Below, one piece after another: positions 49,501 to 62,446 of a stretch of DNA of 64,000 nucleotides. The stretch is from Mytilus californianus (taxonomy: Eukaryota). Where the stretch lies: the NCBI RefSeq assembly GCF_021869535.1, contig NW_026262679.1, positions 4,154,001-4,218,000 of the forward strand, read 5' to 3'. Positions within the stretch are counted from its first letter, which is position 1; each line of letters starts with the position of its first letter. The notes beneath the pieces are model-generated. The model saw only the letters and a list, made by a program, of their open reading frames with translations. It searched no databases and was not told where the DNA came from. A program made the translations under genes and the position numbers.

Positions 49501-52500
49501 GTCCTTATTTGGGCCCCTTTTTGGCTCCTAATTCCTAAACTGTTGGGACCATAACCCCCAAAATCAATCCCCACCTTCCTTTTGTGGTTATAAACCTTAT
49601 GTTTAAATTTCATAGATTTCTATTTATTAATACTAAAGTTATAGTCTGGAAACCAAATGTCTTCGGACGACGACAACATGATAACAATATACGACTGCAA
49701 AATTTTTGCCGACATATAAAAATTGTACTTCACAAATCTTTCATATAACAATAAGAAGAATGTATGAGTATGAAAGATAAATGATAAAGAAATGTCTTTA
49801 TTATGTCTGCATTACAATTATTGCTTACAAAATATTTTGAACCAACAGTCAAATTACAGTTACCAGAATACCAGAGCATGGATTTTAAGCTGTATATATA
49901 TATCACTCAACAATAATTAGAAAATGGGTACAAGGTACAAGAACAGAATTTAGAAACTTATATAAGGGCCTGAATAAACATATTTGAATGTGAATCAATT
50001 GATTCCTGTCAAACTATTATGACATATATATGATCCAAATATAGATGACCTAATATTTGATAATTATGAAATAAATCTTCCGTGTCATGTTCTATATAAA
50101 TAAAGAGATGTATTATGATTGCAAATGAGACATTTTTTGCTAGAGACCAAAGGAAGAGGTTGTATTAGGGCACTGTACAGTCTTCAACAATGAGCAAAAC
50201 CCTACCTTATAGTAAGCTATAAAAGGCCCTGGCATGACATAATTCATGTTTATTCTCTGTTCATTCTGAAATGGGTAGGCATATTTGTCGATACCTTTAT
50301 TAGAAGCATAAAATACATTTTTTGGGGGTGAGGATAATCTTTGGTTTGACCTGGCCAAGGATTTGTATAGAAAGAATCTTACTTTACAAATCCTTGACCT
50401 GGCTGACCAACAGCGTCTCGCACTTGAGTTCATTATCCTACCAACAAACCAGTATCGTCTTTCAGAAAATATCAGACAAATACAGGATATATTGTCAGAA
50501 AACTTTCAAAATTTGTTTGATTAAAAGAGAAAATACTGCACTAAAGGTTTTGAACATCTTTGAGACAGCTAGCTGATCTTATAAAAGTTTAACAATTGTG
50601 TCTCGCATGCTTTATATAACTAGATACCATCATGACCGCAATGGGACTCTTCTTATTCATTAAACAGGGGATACAAAGGTTCATTGTGTTTTGCAATAAA
50701 ACCTGTAATTCATAAAAATCTTAATTATTTCATGTCGTAGGTCATTGACCAAGATTTATCACGGTAACAGATGCATTACGATAATCAATGTACTTTTATC
50801 AACCAGTGTACAATTTCATTGATTTTTTTTCAATTTATAAACAGCTAAGCCTAATTTTATGACAGACTGTCCCCAAAAATATATTAAAGTTGCCAGAAAT
50901 TACATCAAAATATGTCACATGCCTAGATCACACATAACTGATTTGAACACTGAAAGGATGAAGATATTAGAAGGAATGTAATAATCGGTTGACTTGGTGG
51001 TTTTATAGAATATTGATCTGTCACCGCACAGTGTGGGTGTAAATTGTCCTAATGACATGGTAAAAAATTCACTGATTATAAACATAAAAAACACATGTCA
51101 AGGAGATTTATGAATGAAATACGCCTCAATAAAAAAAAAAGGTTTAACTTCATCTTAATGGTATAATTCAACTAGAAAGTGATAATTAGAATATCAAGGA
51201 GGTTGCACTGATTTTAACCGACTTTTCACATTGCACTGTTTATATTCTGTGAGTCCAAAGTGATTCGTTTTATATTATGAAAAGGAAACCTTTTATACAT
51301 TTATTCCAAGCAGAAACCAGAAGGTGAAGACCTCTGAAACCAGACCTATACCAATGGCTTAAATTGAAGGGAAGCTTTATTTTGAATTATTCTATCAACA
51401 AAACGAAAATGTAAATGTACTGCTCGGTTTTTAAGCAGATGGCTCTATCAATAGATAACCTTATCAAAGAATGTTATGGTTGAATAAAATCTTTAAAATC
51501 TTTAAATTTCTTCTTTTCACCACCCATTAATACATATTACACCACTGATCAAAACTGTAGATATACACACAGTTCTAGTAAAATGATAAACTGACTTCAG
51601 GAGGTATCAAAATACAGAACATTTAAACAATTATGCAAATAAATTAAATGTGCAAAATCATTGATGTTCTGGTGTATAAATTGGATTGCACTTCATTTCT
51701 AACAATATAAATAATTTATATTAACTCACTACAAATCTGTTGGTGTATCAATTATGCAGTGTTTATACAAAATATAGAAACACTGGAAATGCAGATATAG
51801 ATGTACATGTATTTTCACTGTTGCTATCCAAGATGGAAGAGCTTCAAAGCTTAAGGACCAGAAATTTATTTGACAACCATATGATTATCATACTAGTCAC
51901 CAATAAATTTTAAAATATATTTACCTAGTGTACAAAATGTATGTCAAAGGACAAGGTTTATGGAACAAGGACAATATGTAACAAGGCACCTATTTATAGA
52001 CCAAATGTATATGTCCTAAAGCTAGATATAACAAGCTTTTAAGTAACCTGCATAACTTCCACCTCTGAGAACTTTAGGAAGATTTATTTAATATTAGAAA
52101 GAGCAGAATGTGCACATAATGAGCAGATGATCAAAACTGTCATGCTGCAAGTGCAATAGCCATTTCTTTTGTCTATACTTTGTATTCTTTTGGCTTAGGC
52201 CAGACATGTAGGTAATAACTAAAAGCTTGCACACTCGTAGTGAGTAATTCAAAGAAAAGTCATTCACTTATATAAGAAATCTCGACCTTTACTAGCAAAA
52301 CAAGTTCCAGCTTGGTCATATTCGAAAATTCAGCTATGTTAAGGGTTTAGTGGGCGACTTTGCAACCTTTGAAAATGTTGAATACCTTACTTAAATTTGC
52401 TTAAAAATTACCTGTTGACCTAAGGAATAAAAAGTAAAATCACAAAAATACTGAACTCCGAGGAAAGTCCCTAATCAAATGGCAAAAATCAAATGATAAA

Positions 52501-55469
52501 ACACATTGAACGAATGGACAACAACTGTTATATTCCTGTCTTAGTACAAGCATTTTCAAATGTAGAAAATGGTGGATTTAACCTGGTTTTATAGCGCTAA
52601 ACCTCTCACCTGTATGACAGTGGCATCAAATTCCATTATATTTACAACGATGCGTGAACAAAACAAACATAATAGGTAACATTGTCAAAATATGGGTACA
52701 GCAGTCATCACTGTGTCACAATCTCAAAACAAACAAACATTTAACAAAGAAGCACAAAAAGCATCTATCAAATTTAACAACCATATTCATTTCTTACTTA
52801 TAAATGTATTATAAACCAACCCATAAAGGATTGAAATATTTATAGTCCTGTGACTGCATTCACATCTACTTTTACTAGTTTTAGTGTAGAGTTGCATATT
52901 TGACGCCAGAAAATGTAAACGTCACACAGGAAGAAATATAAAATAATTTTGTCGTTCAAAGTATTTTCAAAATTATAATTTCACATGGGGAATGGTGGTA
53001 TACAGGGTTGAAAAATCAACAGCTTTTGTTAGGACTAATTTCAGAAAAAGACCGAGATTTAAAATTATCTAGAAGTTCTTTAGAATTTTTAAGAATCCAC
53101 ATATGGTTAATACCACTACAGGAGTAAAATAATTTTGTCATTCAAAGTATTTTCAAAATTTTAATAGAACAATAACATAATGGTATAAGTTAACAGGGTT
53201 TCACCTTTACAATGAATGTCTTACATTAACAGTTGATGTGATTTTTCTTCAGACAGATGTTTATCTACACCTTTTGATAAACTAGGTCTTTAGTTTATCA
53301 AAATTTCATGAGGTTGAAGCTTGGTGTGGTGGAACTGTTCTAATTTAATAGCGACCTTTCAAAATGTACTTAAATTTACTTAAAAGTGACATGTCAATAC
53401 AGAGTGAGTCATGCGTTTTAATTTCTGATGACATGAGAAACAACAAGAAAACAAAAGGTCAATGAGAACAATTCTGCAAAGGCATTAAACAAGTTTTTCA
53501 AATATTTTTCTTTATTTGAATAAGCGTTGCTGTATAATACAATGCACGTTGACTTCTTTTGTGATGGCTTCCCCATCTACTTCTGTCCTTGCTTTTACAT
53601 ACAAGAATGCATGTGTTTTCATGCTAAGCATACCCCTATTGTAATAAAATGTATTAGAAAACAGCCAGTAGGTGCCTGAATGATGAAAAAATGTTTTCAC
53701 ACATTTCAACTCATCACTGTCCTGCTGCTGATCAAATATGCAATCCTTCTGTTCAATTTGTACTGTGGAAATGTGTGATGAAAAATTCATCAAAAATTCA
53801 AAGTACCAGCAAATAAGGAATGAGTGTCGGACATCTTCAAAAAGTGCTAACACTTTACAACTTATCACTGTCAACCTGCTGACCAAATATGAAGTCATTC
53901 TGTTCTGTAGTACCTTAGAAATGTGTGACAGAAACATTTGTTAGAGAAACAGACAGAAATTGTGAAGGCAGTATATCCTTAATTTCTAGAATTACGGTAT
54001 AATAATAATAATAATATAATAATAATTCTCTTATTCTGTATTCATTAATTTGGCTTTGATAAATCACATGTTGATTATATTTCTCTTGTGTTATTTCCCA
54101 GGATATGAATTTGGAACATTGCAACAAAAGTATATCATTAAAGAAATAGATTCTACAAACTATAAAAATATTCCTCACTTTACAATTAATTTTTCATGAT
54201 TGGTTGACCGTTAACCTTGCACATTCTTTACAAAATTTAACTATCTTGTGTGGATAAATACTGTCATCAACAGGGCTGTGCGGTTAATAGATATAAGATG
54301 TGGTATGAGTGCGAATGAGACAACTCTCCATCCAAGTCAAAATTATAAAAGTAAACCATTATAGGTCAAAGTACGGTCTTCAACACGGAGCCTTAACTGA
54401 AATAGCTTAACTCAATCAAAGGACCTATTAACACCAGTGAACAAACACTGAACAAATAAATTTGACCTATGATACAATGTAAATACAAAATAAATAAAAA
54501 TGTTAAATCTATATTTCTCTAATTCTTTGTCGATTTATACTTCTAATGATTAATTAGAAAAAATAAAACTGTGGTTCTCTTGATCTCTCTTCTTCATATG
54601 GTCAGACTTCTATTATGAAGTTAAATATTCCAATTTTTTGCTGATTCACTATTGTGACCTCACTTATAAACAGCTGCGCCATGAGCGCATGATACCCCCG
54701 TCGTCTTGTGTGTGTGAATTTTTATGCAATAAGCATAAATAGTTTCTGACATACGGCGTGACATGCGAAAACCCCCCCTTTTTTTTACAAAAATTCAACA
54801 CACAAAAACAATATCTCTAAAATAATATTTTGAATCAAAACCAAAAAGTATACAGATCTTTAGATTAATATAACTAAGAAGTGTGTAAAATTTTAAGCAA
54901 TAATCATAAATCGTTTTTGAGATATGGCGCGACATGTGAAAACCCCCCTTTAAAAAAAAAAAATCAATATCTCAAAAATAAAATTTTGAATCAAAACCAA
55001 AAAGTATACAGATCTTTAGATTAATATTACTAAGAAGTGTGTAAAATTTTAAGCAATAATCATAAATCTTTTTGAGATACGGCGCGACATGTGAAAAACC
55101 CCTCCCCCTTTTTTTACAAAATACTCAATAACTCAAAAATAAAATTTTGAATCATCACCAAAAAGTATACAGATCTTAAGATTAATATAACTAAGAAGTG
55201 TGTAAAGTTTAAAGCAATAATCATAAATTGTTTTTGAGATAAGGCGCGACATGTGAAATAAAATGCTCCACAGGGAGCAGCTTGATACGACCGCAGAGGT
55301 CGAACCCTGAACAGTTGGGGGAAGTATGGACACAACATTCAAGCTTGATACAGCTTTGGATTTGGATTGTGATTAAATATTTGACACAGCATAGGTTTCT
55401 AACACAGATTGAATGTGGTCTAAGAACTTAAAAATTTTAAATTGGACATTCACCTATTATGGTCCAATA

Positions 55470-56450
55470 TCCAAAATCTAAATACATGGTTAGATTCAGC
55501 ATATCAAAGAACCCCAAGAATTCAATTTTTGATGAAATCAAACAAAGTTTAATTTTGGACCCTTTTGACCTCAATGTGGACAAAGTTGATAACGGGGCCC
55601 AAAAATCAAAAATCTAAATACATGGTTAGATTCAGCATATCAAAGAACCCCATATATTCATTTTTTGTTGAAATCAAACAAAGTTTAATTTTGGACCCCG
55701 ATTTGGACCAACTTGAAAACTGGGCCCATAATCAAAAATCTAAATACATGTTTAGATTCAGCATATCAAAGAACCCTAAGAATTCAATTCTTGTTAAAAT
55801 CAAACTAAGTTTAATTTTGGACCCTTTGGACCTTAATGTAGACCAATTTGAAAACGGAACCAAAAATTAAGAATCTAAATACACGGTTAAATTCGGCATA
55901 TCAAAGAACCCCAATAATTCAATTTTTGATGAAATCAAACAAAGTTTAATTTTGGACCCTTTTGACCTCAATGTGGACAAAGTTGATAACGGGGCCCAAA
56001 AATAAAAAATCTAAATACATGGTTAGATTCAGCATATCAAAGAACCCCATATATTCAATTTTTGTTGAAATCAAACAAAGTTTAATTTTGGACCCCGATT
56101 TGGACCAACTTGAAAACTGGGCCCATAATCAAAAATCTAAATACATGTTTAGATTCAGCATATCAAAGAACCCTATGAATTCAATTTTTGTTAAAATCAA
56201 ACTAAGTTTAATTTTGGACCCTTTGGACCTTAATGTAGACCAATTTTGAAAACGGAACCAAAATTTAAGAATCTAAATACAGTTAGATTCGGCATATCAA
56301 AGAACCCCAATAATTCAATTTTTAATGAAATCAAACAAAGTTTAATTTTGGACCCTTTGGACCTCAATGTGGACCAATTTAAAAACGGGGCCCAAAATCC
56401 AAAAACTAAATACACGGTTAGATTCAGCATATTAAAGAACCCCATGAAAT
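55470..56450. repeat. 126-136-bp satellite array with about 397-bp higher-order repeat inside HINE B copy
   Basis: Unit starts (TCTAAATAC) at 55477, 55613, 55739, 55874, 56010, 56136, 56272 and about 56405. Periods are 136/126/135/136/126/136. Confidence 0.9.
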
Positions 56451-56534
56451 CAAGAATAAAACCCCATTGAAATTGGTCAAGAAATAAGCAATTTATAGGA
56501 AGTATCTTCTTTTGCACAATCCTGTGCTATTAAA

Positions 56535-56735
56535 TATTTCTTGCTATTGCGCAATACTGTACAATTGACAATTTCTTGCTATTGCGCAATATTGTGCTAT
56601 TGGATATTTCTTGCTATTGCGCAATACTGTGCAATTGAAGATTTCTTGCTATTGCGCAATACTGTGCAATTGAAGATTTCTTGCTATTGTGCAATACTGT
56701 GCAATTGAAAATTTCTTGCTATTGCACAATACTTA
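56535..56735. repeat. About 35-bp tandem repeat x6 inside HINE B copy
   Basis: ATTTCTTGCTATTGCGCAATACTGTGCAATTGAAG repeated. Confidence 0.9.
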
Positions 56736-59700
56736 TTATATAATAATTTACACATCCTGTTTGGTGTGTATCTCCTACCATATCATTATTATTTGATTTT
56801 AAATATAAATCAGAAATAACCAACTTAAAATGGAAAATTTTAAAAGAAACAAAAAAGGAAAAAAAGAAAAAAAAGGAAAAAAAAAATAAATCCCCCCCAA
56901 AATTTTTTGAACCCCCATTATGATTCATCACCCCCAAACTCAATCCCAGCCTTCCCTTTGTGGTATGGTACCTTGCAGTACAATTTCAGAGAGATCCATA
57001 CACTTGAACACAAGTTATTGTCTGGAAACTAGAAAAAAATGTGTTTTTTGGCCCTTTTTTGGCCCCAAATTCCTAAACGTTTAGGGCAATTACCCCCAAA
57101 CTCAAACCCAGCTTTCCCTTTGTGATATGGAACCTTGTAATACAATTTCAGAAAGATCCATACACTTACACACAAGTTATTGTCATGAAACTAGAAAAAT
57201 GCTTGTTTTTTGCCCCTTTTTTGGCCCCTAATTCCTAAAATTTGGAGGCAATTACCCCCAAAATCAATCCCAGCATTCCTTTAGTGATATGGAACCTTGT
57301 GGTACAATGTCAGAGAGATCCATACACTAACACACAAGTTATGTCTGGAAGTTACAAAAATGCTTATTTTTGGCCCCTTTTTGGCCCCTAATTCCTTTAC
57401 TGTTATTACCATAACCCCCAAAATCAATCCCAACCTTCCTTTTGTGGTATTGAACCTTGTGGTAAAATTTCATAAAGATCCATTCACTTAAACTAAAGTT
57501 AGAGTGCGAAAACCAATGTGTCTTCGGACGACGACGACGACGCCAACGTCATACCAATATACGACCACAAAAATTTTTTTGCGGTCGTATAAAAAAAACA
57601 CACAATGGTTTACTTTTATAAATTTTTACTTGGATGGAGAGTTGTCTCATTGGCACTCATACCACATCTTCTTATATCTATACACACCGGTTTTAGTTAC
57701 TAAGTCCCGTAACTCAAAAAGTTTTAATCTTATTTTCACCAAAAAGTATACAGATCGTTTGACCATCATAAGAAACAACTATGTTAAGTTTCATGAAATT
57801 TGGATATGTCATTCTCAAGTTACGGTGCGACATGTTTACGCCGGACAGACAGATGTACAGACAGACACCGGACATTTGTATACCATAATACGTCCCGTCA
57901 AAAATTGACGGGCGTATAAAAATTTAAGTTCATCTTCATATCTCCAAAAATTGTCAACGAAAAACATTCTACCACCTTATCTCTGTATCTCATATGATAC
58001 AATATTTCTTCACTTTCAACCATTAAATTTAAATATTAAAAAGGATCAGTAAGCTTTGCTTTGAATTTGTATATTCAACTGCTTCGCTGAGCGCAGCTGG
58101 ATACGACCGCAGAGGTACAACCCTTAACAGTTGTGGCAAAAATGGACACAATATTTAAGCTTGCTACAGGTCTGAATTTGGATTGTAATTAAATATTTGA
58201 CACATTATAGGTTTCTGACACAGAATAAATGTAGTCAAAGAACTTGAAATTGGATATATGATTTGAGATTATATTCAATTGAAGATTTCTTGCTGTTGTG
58301 CAATACACTGTGCTGTTGCGCAATACTTAAGTAAATCTGTTTTCAGACTAAATACAAAGAATTAGCAAAATAAATGATGACCCCCAATTTTTTTTTTTTT
58401 TAAATAGATAAATTCTTAAAATTGATAATTTCTTAAATCTTAACCAGTCCCCCCCCCCCCCCCCCCCCCACCTTCCTTTCCAAAATAAAGTTAGAAAACG
58501 GAAACAAAAAATTTGTACTCAATCTTAGTTATAAGGTAATGAATATTGTGTATAGGTTTCATAATGTTTGGTTGGGGCAAACTTAAGTTACAGAATGGAA
58601 ACTAAAAATTTTACAATCTTTCAATTTATAAAGGGGCATAACTCAATAATGGTTAAAGTGACACTACCCAAATTCAACTTGATCTGTGTTTTATCAGTGG
58701 AAGTCAAAATTAAACATTGCATTATATAAAGCATTGATTGTAGTTGATTCAAAATAATTTTTGGACAAAGGAAGATAACTCAAATTTTAAAAATTACTTG
58801 ATATTTAGAAGAAAATAAAAATTTTGCAATTTTTCCATTTATAAAGGGGCATAACTCTAGAACGGTTAAAGTGACGCCACCAAAATTCAAACTTGATCTG
58901 TGTTTTGTGGTAATAAGCATTGTGTACAAGTTTTATAACATTTGGTTGAGGCAAACTCAAGTTAGAGAACGGAAACCAATTTTGGGACGTTTGTACGTAC
59001 GCAGACGGACAAGGTAAAACTTAATGCCCCCAGCGCTACTACGGGGACATAAAAAAAAATATTTGAAGAAATTTTCTTTTTGTAAAATGTGGTACAATTT
59101 AAGAGACATCCATACACTTGAACACAAGTTAGTGTCTGAAAACTAGAAAATTGCTTATTTTGACCCCCTTTTCCTAAACGGTTTGGGCAACTACACCCTA
59201 AATGAATCCCAACCTTTTACTTGTGGTATTGAACAATGGGGTACAATTTCAGAGCAATCAAATTACTTATACACAAGTAATTGTCCTGAAACTAGAAAAA
59301 TGCTTGTTTTGGGCCCCTTTTTGGCCCCTAATTCCAAAACAATTGGGACCATCACCCCTAAAAACATTCCCAACCTTCCTTTTGTGGTATTGAACCTTTT
59401 TTTAAATTTCATAGAGATGATTAGAGATCCATACACTTAAACTTAAGTTATTGTCCAGAACCAAATGTCTACTGATGACGACGCCGACGTGATAGCATTA
59501 TACGAACACAAATTTTTTCGCGGTCAAAAATATGGTATCAAATTTGATGCAGTGGTGGAATCTATTTATAATATACATATCAATCTAGCTAGCACATGTA
59601 TAAAAAGGTAAATGTAAAATCCAATTTCAGGAGACCATTTAAACCAAGTTGACCCATCACAGAGTTATCGGACCACATCATGCAAGGGAGATAACTAACA

Positions 59701-60317
59701 TTTTACATGCTACACCTGTAGTCTACCAATACCTTTAATCAACATGCTTTACTATTAGCTCTGTTATTTATATTAATAATCTACCCATTACTCCAATATA
59801 CATAGTCATTCTAACCTACTGTATCAACATAGAAGCATGAATACACAGCCTGTCACATGATCGCTTCTGATTTCCATATATTTAATACACAGCCTGTCAC
59901 ATGATCGCTTCTGATCTACATATATTGAAATATATGTATCAGGTAAATATTACTTCACACTTACAAAGTTTACAGGGTTTCAGCTTTATAATGAATGTGT
60001 TACATTAACAGTTGATGTGATTTTTCTTCAGACAGATGTTTATCTACACCTTTTGATAAACTAGGTCTTTAGTTTATCATACCTTCATCAGGTAGAAGCT
60101 TGGTGTGGTGGAACTGTGCTAATTTAATGTGAAATGATTGTTGGTAATTACAGGGTGACAAGTTCTTGCTTTATCAGGACAAGTTAATTTAAACTAGAAC
60201 AAGTTCATGTAGCAGTGAAGCATATCTGTTATACTACTATGGGTTTATGAGTAGTCTGCTGAGTTGAATGTTGTGAAATACCAGTTTTCTTATTAAAGAT
60301 TTAGCTATTAACCAATC

Positions 60318-60500
60318 CTTCAAGGCGTGTAATGTAGGTCATACAGACAAAATAATAACAGAAATGTAATATACCAAATGTATTCAAGGCATGGAATGTA
60401 GATCATACTGACCAAATAATAACACAAGTGTAATCTACCAAAGTTTTCAAGGCATGTAATGTAGGTCACACTGACAAAATAATAACAGAAGTATAATCTA
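60318..60500. repeat. About 63-bp degenerate tandem repeat x3
   Basis: TTCAAGGC(G/A)TG(T/G)AATGTAG(G/A)TCA(T/C)AC(A/T)GAC(A/C)AAATAATAACA(G/C)AA repeated three times. Confidence 0.75.
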
Positions 60501-62410
60501 CTGTATTAGGAATATATCAAAGGAAAAATCAATGATATATCATCATGGAATCTTCAGAAAAAGTAAAATAAAGACACAATAAATATTTAACTTAATCAAG
60601 ACAAGAAGTGCACCATTTTGCCTGTTACACAGCAACAGTGATGAATTTAAAAAAGGACCTTCCATCCATTGCTTCTACCATGGTTTGGTCCAATTTGCCC
60701 CATTAATTTAACAGATATGATGAAAATGAGAAAGGTCAATGATGCACAGATGGAACACTGGTGCAATTAGCTATGGCAAAATTACAATCCAAACCATTGG
60801 ATTATCTTAATCTGTATCAATTTTGATGTAAATCATCATGTTTTAATATATTTTACATCAGAAAACCAGAATGTATTGTAAATATATAACATACAACTAT
60901 TTCAATAACATCATCTTCACTATTTCAAACTAGATCAAACTTAATATTTGTAGAGCCTGAAGGGACATGTATATCAATATGTACAGTGAGAAAAAATAAC
61001 AATGGATGACTAAAGTTAACCTGCACTGAATACAGTATAGAAACTGTTAACATGAAAGTTAACCATCCAATACATCATGTACATGTGGAGGGTTGTATCA
61101 GGTCTATTTACTTTACACATTCTATTGTCCAGTCTTAAAGATACCAGAAATTGATACTTAAAATTAGCGTTTTAATATATGAACATGTATGAAATGTATC
61201 TTAGTTTATTAAAACAGACGTACAAATACATGACAGTTACATGTTCATGTGACTTATTTTACAAAGGTAAATTTAAATATAAATTTGTACAAAGATTCAT
61301 GATTAAGGGCAATGCATTTTCAGTAAAATAGTACTGTATTCCAACAAACCAACAAAAAGCATGTACATTTTGATAAGTCTGGAATCTGAATTTGAATCAA
61401 ACAAATTTATAGGCACTGTCATTTTTTTCTGATCATGAAGAAAAACAATCTTCTGTCGTGATGACCATTCTTTCAAATACAAAGCTACCATTGGATTCTA
61501 TACATGAATAGAGGTACACACTAAGTGATTCAGGTCTTATTGGTGTGGAGTGAATCATAGTCAGTCAGGGTAATTGCTGGTGATTACAGGTGATAACACT
61601 CTGATTTAACACCTGGCAATGGTATACAGAGACTCAGAGAGATATATTAGCGTGAATCACCTGCTATCCCCAGCATTCACAACACAACTGATTTTTACTG
61701 AATCCCATGGTGTGAATTGTGTATAAAGAGTAACTCAATTTTCAACAGTTAACATTTATAAGTTAATATTTTAATATGATCAAGCATTTCTCACAAATCA
61801 ACATATATAGCACTGAAGCTGAAGCTTTGGATGACTTGATCATGATACAGTAAACATTAGTACCAGCACGAGCGCTCTAATCTGATACATCCCTGCAGGT
61901 ACTTTTAAGCTGCATATAAACATCATTCCTACATGTATATGTACAAATTGCAGTATAATCACACAGAAAGGACTATTACATGGTATGAGGTATGAACTCC
62001 TTTGAACTTCAGAGTTGCTGCTTTTCTATAAACTCCTGTCATTAAGGCAGATTACTACATACCCTTATGTTCTTTCACAAAATTCATCAATGATAAATTT
62101 CAAAGTGAAGGTTCATTGGAAGATGCATATAGTTTAACATCAATTTTGGGGTGTTATTTAATTTGCTTACTTTTCAAAACAAGTTTAAGTTAAGTTATAA
62201 TCTATATCATTCTTGAATATACAAACAAGCAACCATACAATTTGTACTAAAAAGAATGTATAAAGTGAAAGTACATATCAAGAAGCAATAATTATCACTG
62301 AAAAATGGAAAGATGTTCATACCTCATGTTTTGTTAGTATGATGTTAGGATTATTTTGTAAGTAGTTTGAGTCAGGATAGCTTGAAAATGAAGCGAAACT
62401 TCAAACTCAC

Positions 62411-62446
62411 CGTGGAAGATTTGCACCATTTAGGTGTCTGAATAAT
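62411..62446 (-). CDS. CRTC: CRTC 36-nt coding exon immediately upstream of the RTNSDS exon
   Basis: CCTGCCATCCCCTTTTCAG|ATTATTCAGACACCTAAATGGTGCAAATCTTCCACG|GTGAGT. The phase 2-2 frame is open: (R)LFRHLNGANLP(R)TNSDS, similar to CRTC2 QLFRLPSALNRTSSDS and CRTC3 GFRLTSALNRTNSDS (recalled sequences). Confidence 0.75.

Larger units (their letters stand above)
54666..57922 (+). mobile_element. HINE-type element, family D, split by nested insertions
   Basis: 5' AAACAGCTGCGCCATGAGCGCATGATACCCCCGTC and about four 140-bp units (to 55257). The final unit, (GACA)n tract and hairpin ATACGTCCCGTC-AAAAATT-GACGGGCGTATAAAAA lie at 57680-57922. Confidence 0.75.

Noticed and set aside
50383-50437. 55-nt exon-like segment with GTAAGA donor inside a small hairpin
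   Set aside because: Length is not a multiple of 3 and it cannot be joined in frame between phase-2 CRTC exons.
53512-53937. 141-aa sense-strand ORF inside a CRTC intron
   Set aside because: No recognisable domain. It spans a diverged 150-bp tandem duplication whose two copies are read in different registers, with mostly non-synonymous differences and a stop in the homologous frame, which argues against coding.
26421-59440. Recurring ORFs such as PQPNVMKLIHNAYY.., MPPKFKLDLCFVVISIV.., MTSMWTKLITGPK.., MYTNRITAGTC.., NPNLLLVVLN..
   Set aside because: They are translations of HINE internal repeats and tandem arrays on both strands, not protein-coding genes.
61661-61687. 27-nt phase 2-2 open segment with CAG|GTGATT donor
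   Set aside because: The acceptor lacks a polypyrimidine tract (GGGATTCAGTAAAAATCAG) and the peptide has no similarity to CRTCs.
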